Shown here: one piece after another, positions 18,432 through 26,269 of the stretch | Position numbering within the stretch: the stretch's first letter is position 1 | How the letters are laid out: every line of letters starts with the position of its first letter | DNA from: a virus | Lineage: Duplodnaviria > Caudoviricetes | DNA length: 63,041 nt | Reading direction: 5' to 3' (one strand) | Virus record (IMG/VR): IMGVR_UViG_3300042509_001342 | Span: 1-63,041 of that record | The notes under the pieces: model-generated | Database searches by the model: none | Told to the model about the DNA's origin: nothing | What the model saw: the letters and a program-made list of their open reading frames with translations, nothing else | Program-made: the position numbers and the translations under genes

Positions 18432-18542
18432 GGTTCACAGATTCTGTGAACCCTGCAACGGTCATTCGGTGTCGAGGTCCCGGGTTCAAAAGTTGGAGTT
18501 CCCGGGTTCAGGTGCTGGGATTTCCCGGGTTCAAAAGTTGGA
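18205..18542. repeat. Cluster of (GG)GTTCACAG / CCCGGGTTCA short repeats
   Basis: About 10 direct TTCACAG copies, one inverted copy (18444-18453), and three CCCGGGTTCA, two of which extend to CCCGGGTTCAAAAGTTGGA. Confidence 0.9.
18456..18467 (-). promoter_or_regulatory. Motif B copy
   Basis: Exact CAACGGTCATTC on + strand. Confidence 0.5.
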
Positions 18543-18730
18543 AAAAAATCAGGAGGTGGACGTTACATAAGACCTCCGACGATTGGGGGGGGAGGGGAGG
18601 GGGTATTCATTCAACTCTTTGCTGCAATTGAGCTTAGCAGCATGATGTTTGAAGACCCTTAGCAGAAGAAGGTAAATGGACAAGGAAATACCCTGACATT
18701 CCTCCTCCAACATCTCCTCTGGTTTTCTAA

Positions 18731-18767
18731 CCCCTTCGGCGGCCGGGGCAGGGCAAAGGCGACGGCC
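18731..18767 (+). promoter_or_regulatory. Early leader motif copy 1 (degenerate)
   Basis: CCCCTTCGG...GGCAGGGCA...GGCGACGGCC. Confidence 0.5.
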
Positions 18768-18842
18768 AGCAGCGGAGACCCCAGAGAATACTCTGGGAAT
18801 TCCTCCTCTCTGGAAGTCATTCCCTTGCAGTAGGAGTCTCTC

Positions 18843-19112
18843 ATGTCCCTTCCCGAATCGGTCCTCGTCACCCTCAACGACGCCACCCTCAGGTCCATCC
18901 TGAAGGACGAGGCGCAGAAGGAGTCCCACCCCGCTGTCCAGACGATCTTGGCTCAGCGCAAGGAGAAGCCCCGCTACTCCTTCCAAGCCAAGTTCAACGA
19001 GAAGGGCGGTATAAAGCTGCCCTTCGTGATCTACCGGGAGTCGGCTCCGGGGCTCATCGCCGCCCTGCAGGCCCAGTTGGACAACCCGGAGTTCAAGAAC
19101 TACTCCAAGTGA
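18843..19112 (+). CDS. First early gene, hypothetical
   Basis: TAGGAG RBS; followed by a terminator. Confidence 0.8.
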   Translation: MSLPESVLVTLNDATLRSILKDEAQKESHPAVQTILAQRKEKPRYSFQAKFNEKGGIKLPFVIYRESAPGLIAALQAQLDNPEFKNYSK

Positions 19113-19131
19113 GAGTGGTGAGGTGATCAGG

Positions 19132-19170
19132 GCCCCGGAGGCTCCTAACGGAGTCTCCGGGGCTTTTTTT
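19132..19170 (+). terminator. Intrinsic terminator
   Basis: gccccggaggctcc-taac-ggagtctccggggc + T7. Confidence 0.85.
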
Positions 19171-19224
19171 GTTGCCATGCCGCTTCTTCCCTGCATCTAG
19201 GGTCCGACGAGGGCTCTTGAACAG

Positions 19225-19270
19225 GGTCGCATGGCCCCCTTCGGGGGAGGCGGCAGGGCAGCGGCGGGCC
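19225..19270 (+). promoter_or_regulatory. Early leader motif copy 2
   Basis: GGTCGC..GCCCCCTTCGGGGG..GGCAGGGCAGCGGCGGGCC. Confidence 0.6.
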
Positions 19271-19325
19271 GGGGACGCTCTCCGGTCTGACCCTTAGGTT
19301 TCCCCCTTGCAATAGGAGTTATCCA

Positions 19326-19532
19326 ATGTCCTTTGACGAAGTGAAGAACCTGCGGCTGTTCGGTGCGCTTCAGTCCCTGACGCCGGAAGCCATCAAGGAC
19401 CTGCAGGACGAGGCTGAGTTCAACAAGCGGGTGAGCCCCCGTCACCACAAGCTTGGCTGTCTCCTGTCCCGTATGAAGCGGGACCTCGTTGTCAGTTCTG
19501 TGCTGGCCCAGCGGGTCGGCAAGCCCGCCTAG
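19326..19532 (+). CDS. Small early hypothetical protein
   Basis: TAGGAG RBS; terminator downstream. Confidence 0.75.
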   Translation: MSFDEVKNLRLFGALQSLTPEAIKDLQDEAEFNKRVSPRHHKLGCLLSRMKRDLVVSSVLAQRVGKPA

Positions 19533-19551
19533 TGTGCTGGCCCCCACCAAT

Positions 19552-19599
19552 AACCCCTCAGTTCTGTCCCGTTACTGGGATGGGGCTGAGGGGTTTTTT
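19552..19599 (+). terminator. Intrinsic terminator, long stem
   Basis: cccctcagttctgtccc/gggatggggctgagggg + T6. Confidence 0.85.
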
Positions 19600-19638
19600 G
19601 TTGTTCCGTTTACCTCTTTCCCATAAGGGAGTCAGACG

Positions 19639-19905
19639 ATGGAGGCTGGAATGAATATCGACGGCAGTCTCACCGAAGTGGGGCGGCTGAGGCTTGAGAA
19701 GTACGAACTGCAGCGGAAGGTGTACCAGCAGGATGCCTTCATTGATTCGCTGAAGGACTCTCTCAGGAGGGTGGAAGAGCGGGCCAAAGACAACCTCAAG
19801 CTGGCCGATGCCCGACTGGAGTGGGCGGTCAAGCTTGAGCAGAAGGTCGCCACCCTGAGGGCCCGGATTGTTGTCTTGTCGGACCAGAAAGCTGGGTGCC
19901 TGTGA
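19639..19905 (+). CDS. Coiled-coil hypothetical protein
   Basis: AAGGGAG RBS; heptad pattern. Confidence 0.7.
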   Translation: MEAGMNIDGSLTEVGRLRLEKYELQRKVYQQDAFIDSLKDSLRRVEERAKDNLKLADARLEWAVKLEQKVATLRARIVVLSDQKAGCL

Positions 19906-20117
19906 ACTGCGTGAGGTGCGGATCAGTAGTGGACTCTGAGAGGGCCGAAGCCCTGACGGAGTTCGGCATTGCCGTTACTTGCAAGTCTTGTTCAACGGAG
20001 ATGCCGAGGGTTTGTTTCATGGATTACAGCCACAAGACTGCTCCTAGCCTTGTGGTTGTGGGTAACAACGCGGAGTCGGTCAGGCTTGCGAGTAATGCCT
20101 TCAAACGAAAGAGGTGA
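19902..20117 (+). CDS. TraR/DksA C4 zinc-finger-like protein
   Basis: CVRCG...ERAEAL...TCKSC pattern; GTGA overlap start. Confidence 0.6.
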   Translation: MNCVRCGSVVDSERAEALTEFGIAVTCKSCSTEMPRVCFMDYSHKTAPSLVVVGNNAESVRLASNAFKRKR

Positions 20118-20121
20118 CGGA

Positions 20122-20472
20122 ATGGACAGTTATGGGGAGCATCCCGAGATCAGCCATCTGAAACAAGTGATCGCGGAGCGGGATGAAACCTTGAAAGAAC
20201 TGAACGTGATGTACCAAGAACTGCAGGAGTCCAACAACAAGCGTTGGCAGGAGAACAAGGACCTCAAGGAAGAGGTTGAGCGGCTGAACGGGGTCATCAT
20301 CCAAGATAGCAAGTTGATCAGTGAACTGAGGACCCGGCTGCGGAATCAGGGCGACAAGCTGGAAGAGGACGTTAAGTACTGGACGGAGGCGTACACCTGT
20401 CAGTCCGCTCAGCGGAGTGCCGAGCAAGAGGCTTTCCTGAGGGTGATCAAGGTGCTGGCTGGTCGGGACTAG
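20122..20472 (+). CDS. Coiled-coil hypothetical protein
   Basis: GAGGTG RBS before ATG 20122. Confidence 0.7.
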   Translation: MDSYGEHPEISHLKQVIAERDETLKELNVMYQELQESNNKRWQENKDLKEEVERLNGVIIQDSKLISELRTRLRNQGDKLEEDVKYWTEAYTCQSAQRSAEQEAFLRVIKVLAGRD

Positions 20473-20476
20473 TTAG

Positions 20477-20526
20477 GGTCGCGGGAAGCCCCTTCGGGGC
20501 GGGGGGCAGGGCAGCGGCGGCGGGCC
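20477..20526 (+). promoter_or_regulatory. Early leader motif copy 3
   Basis: GGTCGC..GAAGCCCCTTCGGGGC..GGCAGGGCAGCGGCGGCGGGCC. Confidence 0.6.
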
Positions 20527-20577
20527 GGGCCTTCCCCTTTTGGAGTTCGATTAGGCAATTACTAGAAAGCAAGGTGA

Positions 20578-21027
20578 TTGATGGCTGATGATCGAATTAC
20601 GAGTGAGTTCGACGCGATGCTGGCTGACATTCTCAGTGAATCCCCTGAGGCAGTTGTCACCGAGGTCGAGGAAGTCGGTGATGAGCCTGAGGTCGTGGCA
20701 CCCCCCATGCTCAAGCTTGAGACCATCGGGGACACGGTGAAGCACGTTCCGGCCCAGCAAGTCAGTGCGGTGGAGGCCGGTAAGCCCAAGGGTCGGTACA
20801 AGACGGACGATGGCAAGGTCGAGGTCGAGGCCGAAGCCCCATTCAAGGGCACGGTCTACACCAAGGGGTACCTGCAACTGAAGTTCGGTCAGTCGTGGAA
20901 CAAGGCCAGCCTGTACTACGACGAGTTCCTTGCCCTCAAGGAGTTCTTCAGGTCGGAAGCCTGCAGTGCCTACGAGATCAAGGCCACTGCGGCTGGATGG
21001 AAGGCTCGTCCGTCGAAGGGAGGTTGA
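20578..21027 (+). CDS. Hypothetical protein with acidic N-terminus
   Basis: 149-aa ORF; AAGGTG RBS. Confidence 0.75.
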   Translation: MMADDRITSEFDAMLADILSESPEAVVTEVEEVGDEPEVVAPPMLKLETIGDTVKHVPAQQVSAVEAGKPKGRYKTDDGKVEVEAEAPFKGTVYTKGYLQLKFGQSWNKASLYYDEFLALKEFFRSEACSAYEIKATAAGWKARPSKGG

Positions 21028-21033
21028 ACCCCC

Positions 21034-21117
21034 ATGGCAGGCGAAACAGTTGCGGACGGGACATTCTGGTTTGTGGTCGGGGCAGCGGCGTCATTTCTGG
21101 TGGTCAACTTTCTCTGA
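21034..21117 (+). CDS. 27-aa hydrophobic peptide (MAGETVADGTFWFVVGAAASFLVVNFL; not in ORF track)
   Basis: GGAGG upstream; single TM-like stretch. Confidence 0.45.
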   Translation: MAGETVADGTFWFVVGAAASFLVVNFL

Positions 21118-21127
21118 GGAGTTTTCT

Positions 21128-21241
21128 ATGCCTTGTTCCCAAGAGGTGATGGTGTGCGAGGTTCAGAAGCCGGGTCAGGTGATCGATTGGATGGACGATG
21201 TCGTGGGCTTCATTCATACTGAGGCTTATTCCGAGAACTAA
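21128..21241 (+). CDS. 37-aa peptide
   Basis: GAGGAG RBS before ATG 21128. Confidence 0.5.
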   Translation: MPCSQEVMVCEVQKPGQVIDWMDDVVGFIHTEAYSEN

Positions 21242-21287
21242 AGCTCCTTGCCTAGAACTTGCAAGGGGATAGGTGAGTCGAGCTTTG

Positions 21288-21333
21288 GCCCTGCCAGTCC
21301 TGAGGGAAACCTTGGGGCTGGCAGGGCTTTTTT
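21288..21333 (+). terminator. Intrinsic terminator, long stem with GAAA loop
   Basis: gccctgccagtcctgagg-gaaa-ccttggggctggcagggc + T6. Confidence 0.85.
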
Positions 21334-21406
21334 GTTGGCCTTTCGAGGCTTTTCCCCGTGTGAATTGCTCTTGACCGGGCATTTCTACTGAAAAGGTGGT
21401 GAACAG

Positions 21407-21526
21407 ATGGACGGTTTCGATGACTGCCCGCCGGTCGCGGCGGATGACCTGCTTCGGTACTTGGACAGTGTCGAGCAGCAGGCTGAGGAACAGGCACAAC
21501 TTGACCAATGGGAGGACGAGGAATGA
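21407..21526 (+). CDS. 39-aa highly acidic peptide (not in ORF track)
   Basis: AAGGTGG RBS; ATGA overlap with the next gene. Confidence 0.55.
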   Translation: MDGFDDCPPVAADDLLRYLDSVEQQAEEQAQLDQWEDEE

Positions 21527-21711
21527 ACAAGAAAAAAGTTGAGTTCGTGAAAACAAGCACGTTTGACGGTGATGGCCCCGTTTATCGGGTGGTCAAGCTG
21601 ACCAACTGCGTCGATCCCGTGGTTGGTTCCCACATTTCAGCGAAAGAGATCAGGAAGTTCATTGAGTCGCGGCTGTGGACTGTGGTCATCAGAGAAGGGA
21701 AGAGTGAGTGA
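21523..21711 (+). CDS. Small hypothetical protein
   Basis: Translationally coupled with its neighbours. Confidence 0.65.
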   Translation: MNKKKVEFVKTSTFDGDGPVYRVVKLTNCVDPVVGSHISAKEIRKFIESRLWTVVIREGKSE

Positions 21712-22019
21712 TGACGCACACACTGGGACCGTGGAGAATCGACTTTACGGCAGATAACGGCCACATGGCCGATCAGGTGGCACACAACAGCGATTGGCTG
21801 GCGGTTGAAGTCGTTGACGATGACATCGGGGGCCACGTTGCTTACTGCCACCACAGCAATGCACCGCTGATTGCCGCCGCGCCGGAGTTGTTGGCTGCAC
21901 TCAAGCAGTGCGCAGAGATCATCGCAGAGGAGGCCGAGGCGGAAGTGAATGAGAACGTGACAGAGGCCTACTACGACGCACTTCGCGCACTCGCCAAGGC
22001 AGAAGGGAGGGGTGAGTGA
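21708..22019 (+). CDS. Hypothetical phage protein
   Basis: HTLGPW...NAPLIAAAPELLAAL motif common in phage early proteins. Confidence 0.8.
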   Translation: MMTHTLGPWRIDFTADNGHMADQVAHNSDWLAVEVVDDDIGGHVAYCHHSNAPLIAAAPELLAALKQCAEIIAEEAEAEVNENVTEAYYDALRALAKAEGRGE

Positions 22020-22489
22020 AAGACCTGAAAGTGACTTTTGTCGAGATGGTGAAAGCGGCCTGCGAAAAGTACCTCGCCAACCCCGATCAAACGGTGCTTG
22101 GCTGGGACTACGACTTTGAGATTGAGTCCATCGAACTGCTCCCTGCCGATGCTGCCGGGGATGCGGCTTACGTCACCGTCAAGCGAAACTACGACGGCTC
22201 GTGGTCTGAACTCACGACCAACGGCGTTCCGTTCATGTTCAAGGTGCGGTACTGGAACGAGTACGGCGATGAAGAAAACTCGCCATGCCACCCCGAGAAA
22301 ACTCTCGGCATGTGCGAGGTGGTGACCGAAGTTGGCAAGTTGATTGCGGGGCAGGCCGATCTCGACAGCGCACTGGACTCCATGAGGGAGATCAGGGGCG
22401 ATTTGTACGAGGTAGGCAAGGTTGTTTCGACCGATGAGGCCCTGAAGATCATGGAAGCACGACTCAACGAACAGGGGAGGACCAAGTGA
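22016..22489 (+). CDS. Hypothetical protein
   Basis: GTGA overlap; GGAGG RBS. Confidence 0.7.
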   Translation: MKDLKVTFVEMVKAACEKYLANPDQTVLGWDYDFEIESIELLPADAAGDAAYVTVKRNYDGSWSELTTNGVPFMFKVRYWNEYGDEENSPCHPEKTLGMCEVVTEVGKLIAGQADLDSALDSMREIRGDLYEVGKVVSTDEALKIMEARLNEQGRTK

Positions 22490-22701
22490 AGCGATACCAC
22501 GACGAAATCTCGCTGATGGATCGGCGGGCCAAGGAATGGATGACGTTCGGTCCCGGTGGTGTGGAGAGGGGGCGGTTCAGGAAGAAGAAGCCCTTCGATT
22601 GTGGCAAGAGCAGGTGCAGCGTCTGTCATGTCGAGAGCAAGTTCCCCAAGCGGACCCCGACCAGAAAGGAGCGAATGAATGACGCAGATCAAGACTACTG
22701 A
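22486..22701 (+). CDS. Small basic Cys-containing protein
   Basis: DCGKSRCSVCH; GTGA overlap. Confidence 0.65.
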   Translation: MKRYHDEISLMDRRAKEWMTFGPGGVERGRFRKKKPFDCGKSRCSVCHVESKFPKRTPTRKERMNDADQDY

Positions 22702-23560
22702 AGTTGACCTGAGTGAGGACGCCTTCACTTGGTGGGACTCCACCGACCTGAGGGTGGACGATCTCCACAACGCCTTGAGTGCAGTGAGCATGGGCAACTT
22801 GGCACCCAAGGCCAGCACGGTCAATCACGCCCTGACCGAGACTCTGTCAGGGTTCATATCGGCGGCAGGCATCAAGGTGCGGGGTTGCCCCATCAAAATC
22901 ACCCCGCTGCGGTTGGATGTGAAGGGGGTCGAGGCTGTCCGTCTGACCCGTGGCGAAACCAGCAATGAACATGAACACGTTATGTCCATCGCATTGGACA
23001 AGGACGATCACGTTCGGGTGGCCAAGTTTAACTCTGACTTCGTTCCCCAAGTCGCCGCCATTCAGGCCAAGCTTGAGGAAAAGATGACCGAAGTCTTTCG
23101 GTCCCAGATGGATTACTACCCGGCCCACATGGTTAGCACCTGCATCAGCAGGGTGGTGGCCAGCTTCGGTGGTGTGCTGGCCAAGGCTTCGGGCGGCGTT
23201 TACTTCCTGCCGTCAACGGTGACTCCCAAGTTCGAGGAGTTTGCCGGGAAGCTGAGCATGGGCATCACGATCAACAAGTTCGCAATCAAGCCGGGCACGA
23301 CCTCGTATTCCTGCGTTGTCAAGGCAATCAGGAAGGAGATTCAGGACGCCCTGCTTGAGATCGAAGAGGGCATGAAAGACCTCGGCGGTTCCATGCGGAC
23401 CAATGGGATGCAGTCGAGGCTCAAGCGGTTGGATGAACTGAAAGCCAAGGTCAAAGCCTATGAGGCAATCCTTGGCATGGCGATGACTGATCTGACTGAT
23501 GCGGTGGACAAAGTCAGTGATGCGGTGTCGGCGTTCAATGCAATGGCGGTGTGTTCCTAA
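22679..23560 (+). CDS. DUF3150-like protein preceding the AAA/VWA pair
   Basis: SGGVYFLP motif and C-terminal coiled coil (KVKAYEAILG); gene position. Confidence 0.55.
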   Translation: MTQIKTTEVDLSEDAFTWWDSTDLRVDDLHNALSAVSMGNLAPKASTVNHALTETLSGFISAAGIKVRGCPIKITPLRLDVKGVEAVRLTRGETSNEHEHVMSIALDKDDHVRVAKFNSDFVPQVAAIQAKLEEKMTEVFRSQMDYYPAHMVSTCISRVVASFGGVLAKASGGVYFLPSTVTPKFEEFAGKLSMGITINKFAIKPGTTSYSCVVKAIRKEIQDALLEIEEGMKDLGGSMRTNGMQSRLKRLDELKAKVKAYEAILGMAMTDLTDAVDKVSDAVSAFNAMAVCS

Positions 23561-23568
23561 TTACTTAC

Positions 23569-23626
23569 GGTCGCACGAAGCCCCTTCGGGGCCGGTGGCA
23601 GGGCAGGGGCAGGACCGGCGACGGCC
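23569..23626 (+). promoter_or_regulatory. Early leader motif copy 4
   Basis: GGTCGC..GAAGCCCCTTCGGGGC..GGCAGGGCAG...GGCGACGGCC. Confidence 0.6.
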
Positions 23627-23654
23627 CCCCAAAACCAAGGAGAAATCAGAGTTC

Positions 23655-24800
23655 ATGGTTGCTGCAAAGAAATCAAATCATTGGCACAAGGCTGACCCAA
23701 ATGCGGCCTTCTGGCTGGCGGTTCAGGCTGGCATCGCCTCGGAGACCGAAGGGCCTCCGGGTGTTGCCAAATCATCCAGCGTCTTGCAGATGTGCAAGAG
23801 CATGGGGCGGGACATGATGCTGCTCATCGGCAGTACCCACGCTCCTGAGGATGTGGCTGGCATCCCGTTCGTGAGTTCGTGCAAGGCGTTCTTCGATATG
23901 GTTCCGCCCCGGTGGGCTGAGCGGCTGAGTCGGCCCGGGGCCCTGCTGTTCATTGACGAGTTGACCACGGTGCCACCGGCAATGCGGGCGGCTCTGCTGT
24001 CCATGCTGACGGAGCGGCGGCTTGGCAGTCTGGTCATCCACCCGGACACGTTGATGGCTGCGGCTTGCAACCCGGCCCACATGGCTCCCAATGCCAGCCC
24101 GCTTGAGAAGTCGATGGCCAACCGCTTCTTCCATTGCGAGTGGAAGCACGACTTCGATAGCTGGCAGGCCGGTATGGAGTCTGAGAACGACGCTTGGGGT
24201 TCCCCTTGGTTTCCGGTTGTGGAATCCGATTGGCGGCGTCATGCCATCAAGTGGGGCCACATGATCACCGGCTACCTGCGTAAGAACAGCAACGAGCGGA
24301 TTCTGATTCCGCAGAACGATGACGAGAAGGCGTTCCCGACTCCCCGGACTTGGCACTACCTGCGGAATTGCTTGGCTGCTGCCGAGTCGGTTGAGGCACC
24401 GGCTCACATCCAGAGCCAGCTTGCCGCCGGTTGTGTGGGCAAGACGGTGGGGTCCAACTTCTTCCGGTACGTCAGCGAACTGGACTTGGTGGACCCGGAA
24501 GCTGTGATTGCCGGGACCGCGACGTTTGTGTTCGACCGGAAGCGGATTGACTTGGCTTCGGCCCTGCTTACCTCGCTGGTGTCGTGCATCCGGCGGGATT
24601 ACTCGCAGGATCGGCTCGACGCTGCGGTGGAAGTTTTCACCAACAACGTCGGCAAGAACGCCCGAGACCTTGTACTGAGCCAGCTTCGGCATCTGGTTCA
24701 GGCCCGCCCGGAGGGTACGGCACTGTCGGCTAAGACGATCAAGAACATCACCGAGTTCGGCAAGGACATCCCCGATGCCGTTCGCAGAAGGAGGGCCTAA
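23655..24800 (+). CDS. MoxR-like AAA+ ATPase
   Basis: GPPGVAKS Walker A, LLFIDE Walker B, AACNP sensor, ANRF arginine finger, PTPRTW. Confidence 0.88.
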   Translation: MVAAKKSNHWHKADPNAAFWLAVQAGIASETEGPPGVAKSSSVLQMCKSMGRDMMLLIGSTHAPEDVAGIPFVSSCKAFFDMVPPRWAERLSRPGALLFIDELTTVPPAMRAALLSMLTERRLGSLVIHPDTLMAAACNPAHMAPNASPLEKSMANRFFHCEWKHDFDSWQAGMESENDAWGSPWFPVVESDWRRHAIKWGHMITGYLRKNSNERILIPQNDDEKAFPTPRTWHYLRNCLAAAESVEAPAHIQSQLAAGCVGKTVGSNFFRYVSELDLVDPEAVIAGTATFVFDRKRIDLASALLTSLVSCIRRDYSQDRLDAAVEVFTNNVGKNARDLVLSQLRHLVQARPEGTALSAKTIKNITEFGKDIPDAVRRRRA

Positions 24801-26269
24801 TGACAGCAGCAGCAGTGGTTACACCTGCGGAATTGTTCAGTCACTTCCGCATGATGACCTATCAGTACTTCCCGTACCTGTCTCCCTACGTTTACTCCCT
24901 TGTCCCAGTTGAAAGGCCGGGGCTGGGGACGATGGCAGTGGATATGTACGGACGGGTTTATTACGACCCAGCGTTTTGCGAGAAGCTGACGCTGGAGCAG
25001 GGGTCCTACGTTGTTCTGCACGAAGCAATGCACCTGATCCTCAGGCATTGCCACCGTGCCGAGAAGATCATCGGCAAGACCCCGAGCAAGCGGGAACGCA
25101 GCAAGTACAACATCGCGGTTGACTTGGTTGTGTGGGAAATGATGGAGGCTATTGCCGAACACGCCCCCGGCAACCCTGTCACGTTCCCCACTCTGCAAGC
25201 CAAGTACCCGAAGCTTGAAAAGAATCTGACGGTGGAGGAAATCTACTCCATCATTTCGGAGAAGCAGCAGGGTGGTGGCGGTGGTGGCGAGGGGCCCAAG
25301 GGTGATGGCCCGGAGACTGAGTGTGATGACGAGAACAACGAGCCTGACCAGAGCGACGAGTCTGGCGATGACGAGTCCCCCGAAACCGACAGTGGCGAAA
25401 GCGAGGACGATGATGGTGGCGATGACCAGAGAGGGGAAGACACTTCTGGCAAGGGCCCTGCTGAAGATGACGAAGACGGAGACAGCAGTTCGGGCGACGA
25501 AGATGCTGACGAAGACAGCGAGTTCGACAAAGTAGGCGGCGGGTCTGGTGCTGACGGTGACCCCCGTGATTACGAGGAGGAGCCCAATGACAACTGGGAG
25601 ACCTTCCAAGAAGACAAGCTGCTTGAGGCTATTGAGCAGAAGATCGAAGAGGAAGAGCAGGAGCGTGGAATCGGGACCATTCCCGGTGAACTGAAGCGTG
25701 TCATCAAGAACAAGCTTCGGCCTCAGCCCAATCCTTGGGATGTGCTGCGGTCCACGGTTGCCAAGGCTATTGCCAATAGCCGTGGGGCTCCTGACTCGAC
25801 CTACCGGAGGATGAGTCGGCGTCAGTCCATCATGCCGGATGACACCCGGCTGAAAGGCCAGCAGCGGTACTCCCCAAGTGCTGCCTGTGTGATCGACACC
25901 AGCGGCTCAATGACTTCGGAGTGTCTGGCCAAGGCACTGGTTGTCGTGCAGCAGGGGCTCAAGGCAATCGGCAAGCTGCCGGTCATCACCTGTGACGCTC
26001 GGGTTACCGGGGACAGGGTGCTGACGGCAGTCAGTCAGGACTTCGTTCTGGCTGGGGGCGGCGGGACGGACATGAGAATCCCGATTGCCCACGCTGAGAA
26101 AGAGTATCGGCCGGATGTGATTGTGCTTGTGACGGACGGCTACACCCCATGGCCAAGCAAGCCCACCAAGGGGCAGTTGATTGTGGCCTGCACGACGGAC
26201 TGCCAAGGCATACCGCCGTGGGCCAAGACGGTTCGGATTCCCGATGCACCAAACAAGGAGGAACTGTGA
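24800..26269 (+). CDS. Metallopeptidase + VWA-like protein (DUF2201-type)
   Basis: TMAVD, LHEAMH (HExxH), acidic linker, DTSGSM MIDAS, GGGGTD, VTDGY. Confidence 0.88.
   Translation: MTAAAVVTPAELFSHFRMMTYQYFPYLSPYVYSLVPVERPGLGTMAVDMYGRVYYDPAFCEKLTLEQGSYVVLHEAMHLILRHCHRAEKIIGKTPSKRERSKYNIAVDLVVWEMMEAIAEHAPGNPVTFPTLQAKYPKLEKNLTVEEIYSIISEKQQGGGGGGEGPKGDGPETECDDENNEPDQSDESGDDESPETDSGESEDDDGGDDQRGEDTSGKGPAEDDEDGDSSSGDEDADEDSEFDKVGGGSGADGDPRDYEEEPNDNWETFQEDKLLEAIEQKIEEEEQERGIGTIPGELKRVIKNKLRPQPNPWDVLRSTVAKAIANSRGAPDSTYRRMSRRQSIMPDDTRLKGQQRYSPSAACVIDTSGSMTSECLAKALVVVQQGLKAIGKLPVITCDARVTGDRVLTAVSQDFVLAGGGGTDMRIPIAHAEKEYRPDVIVLVTDGYTPWPSKPTKGQLIVACTTDCQGIPPWAKTVRIPDAPNKEEL

Noticed and set aside
18205-18542. 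CRISPR or other guide array
   Set aside because: Repeats are only 7-19 bp with irregular spacing, and no cas-like gene was seen
18731-23626. Early G-rich motifs as a periodic guide-RNA repeat array or as terminators
   Set aside because: Copies are dispersed, GGC spacing is irregular, and there is no U tract
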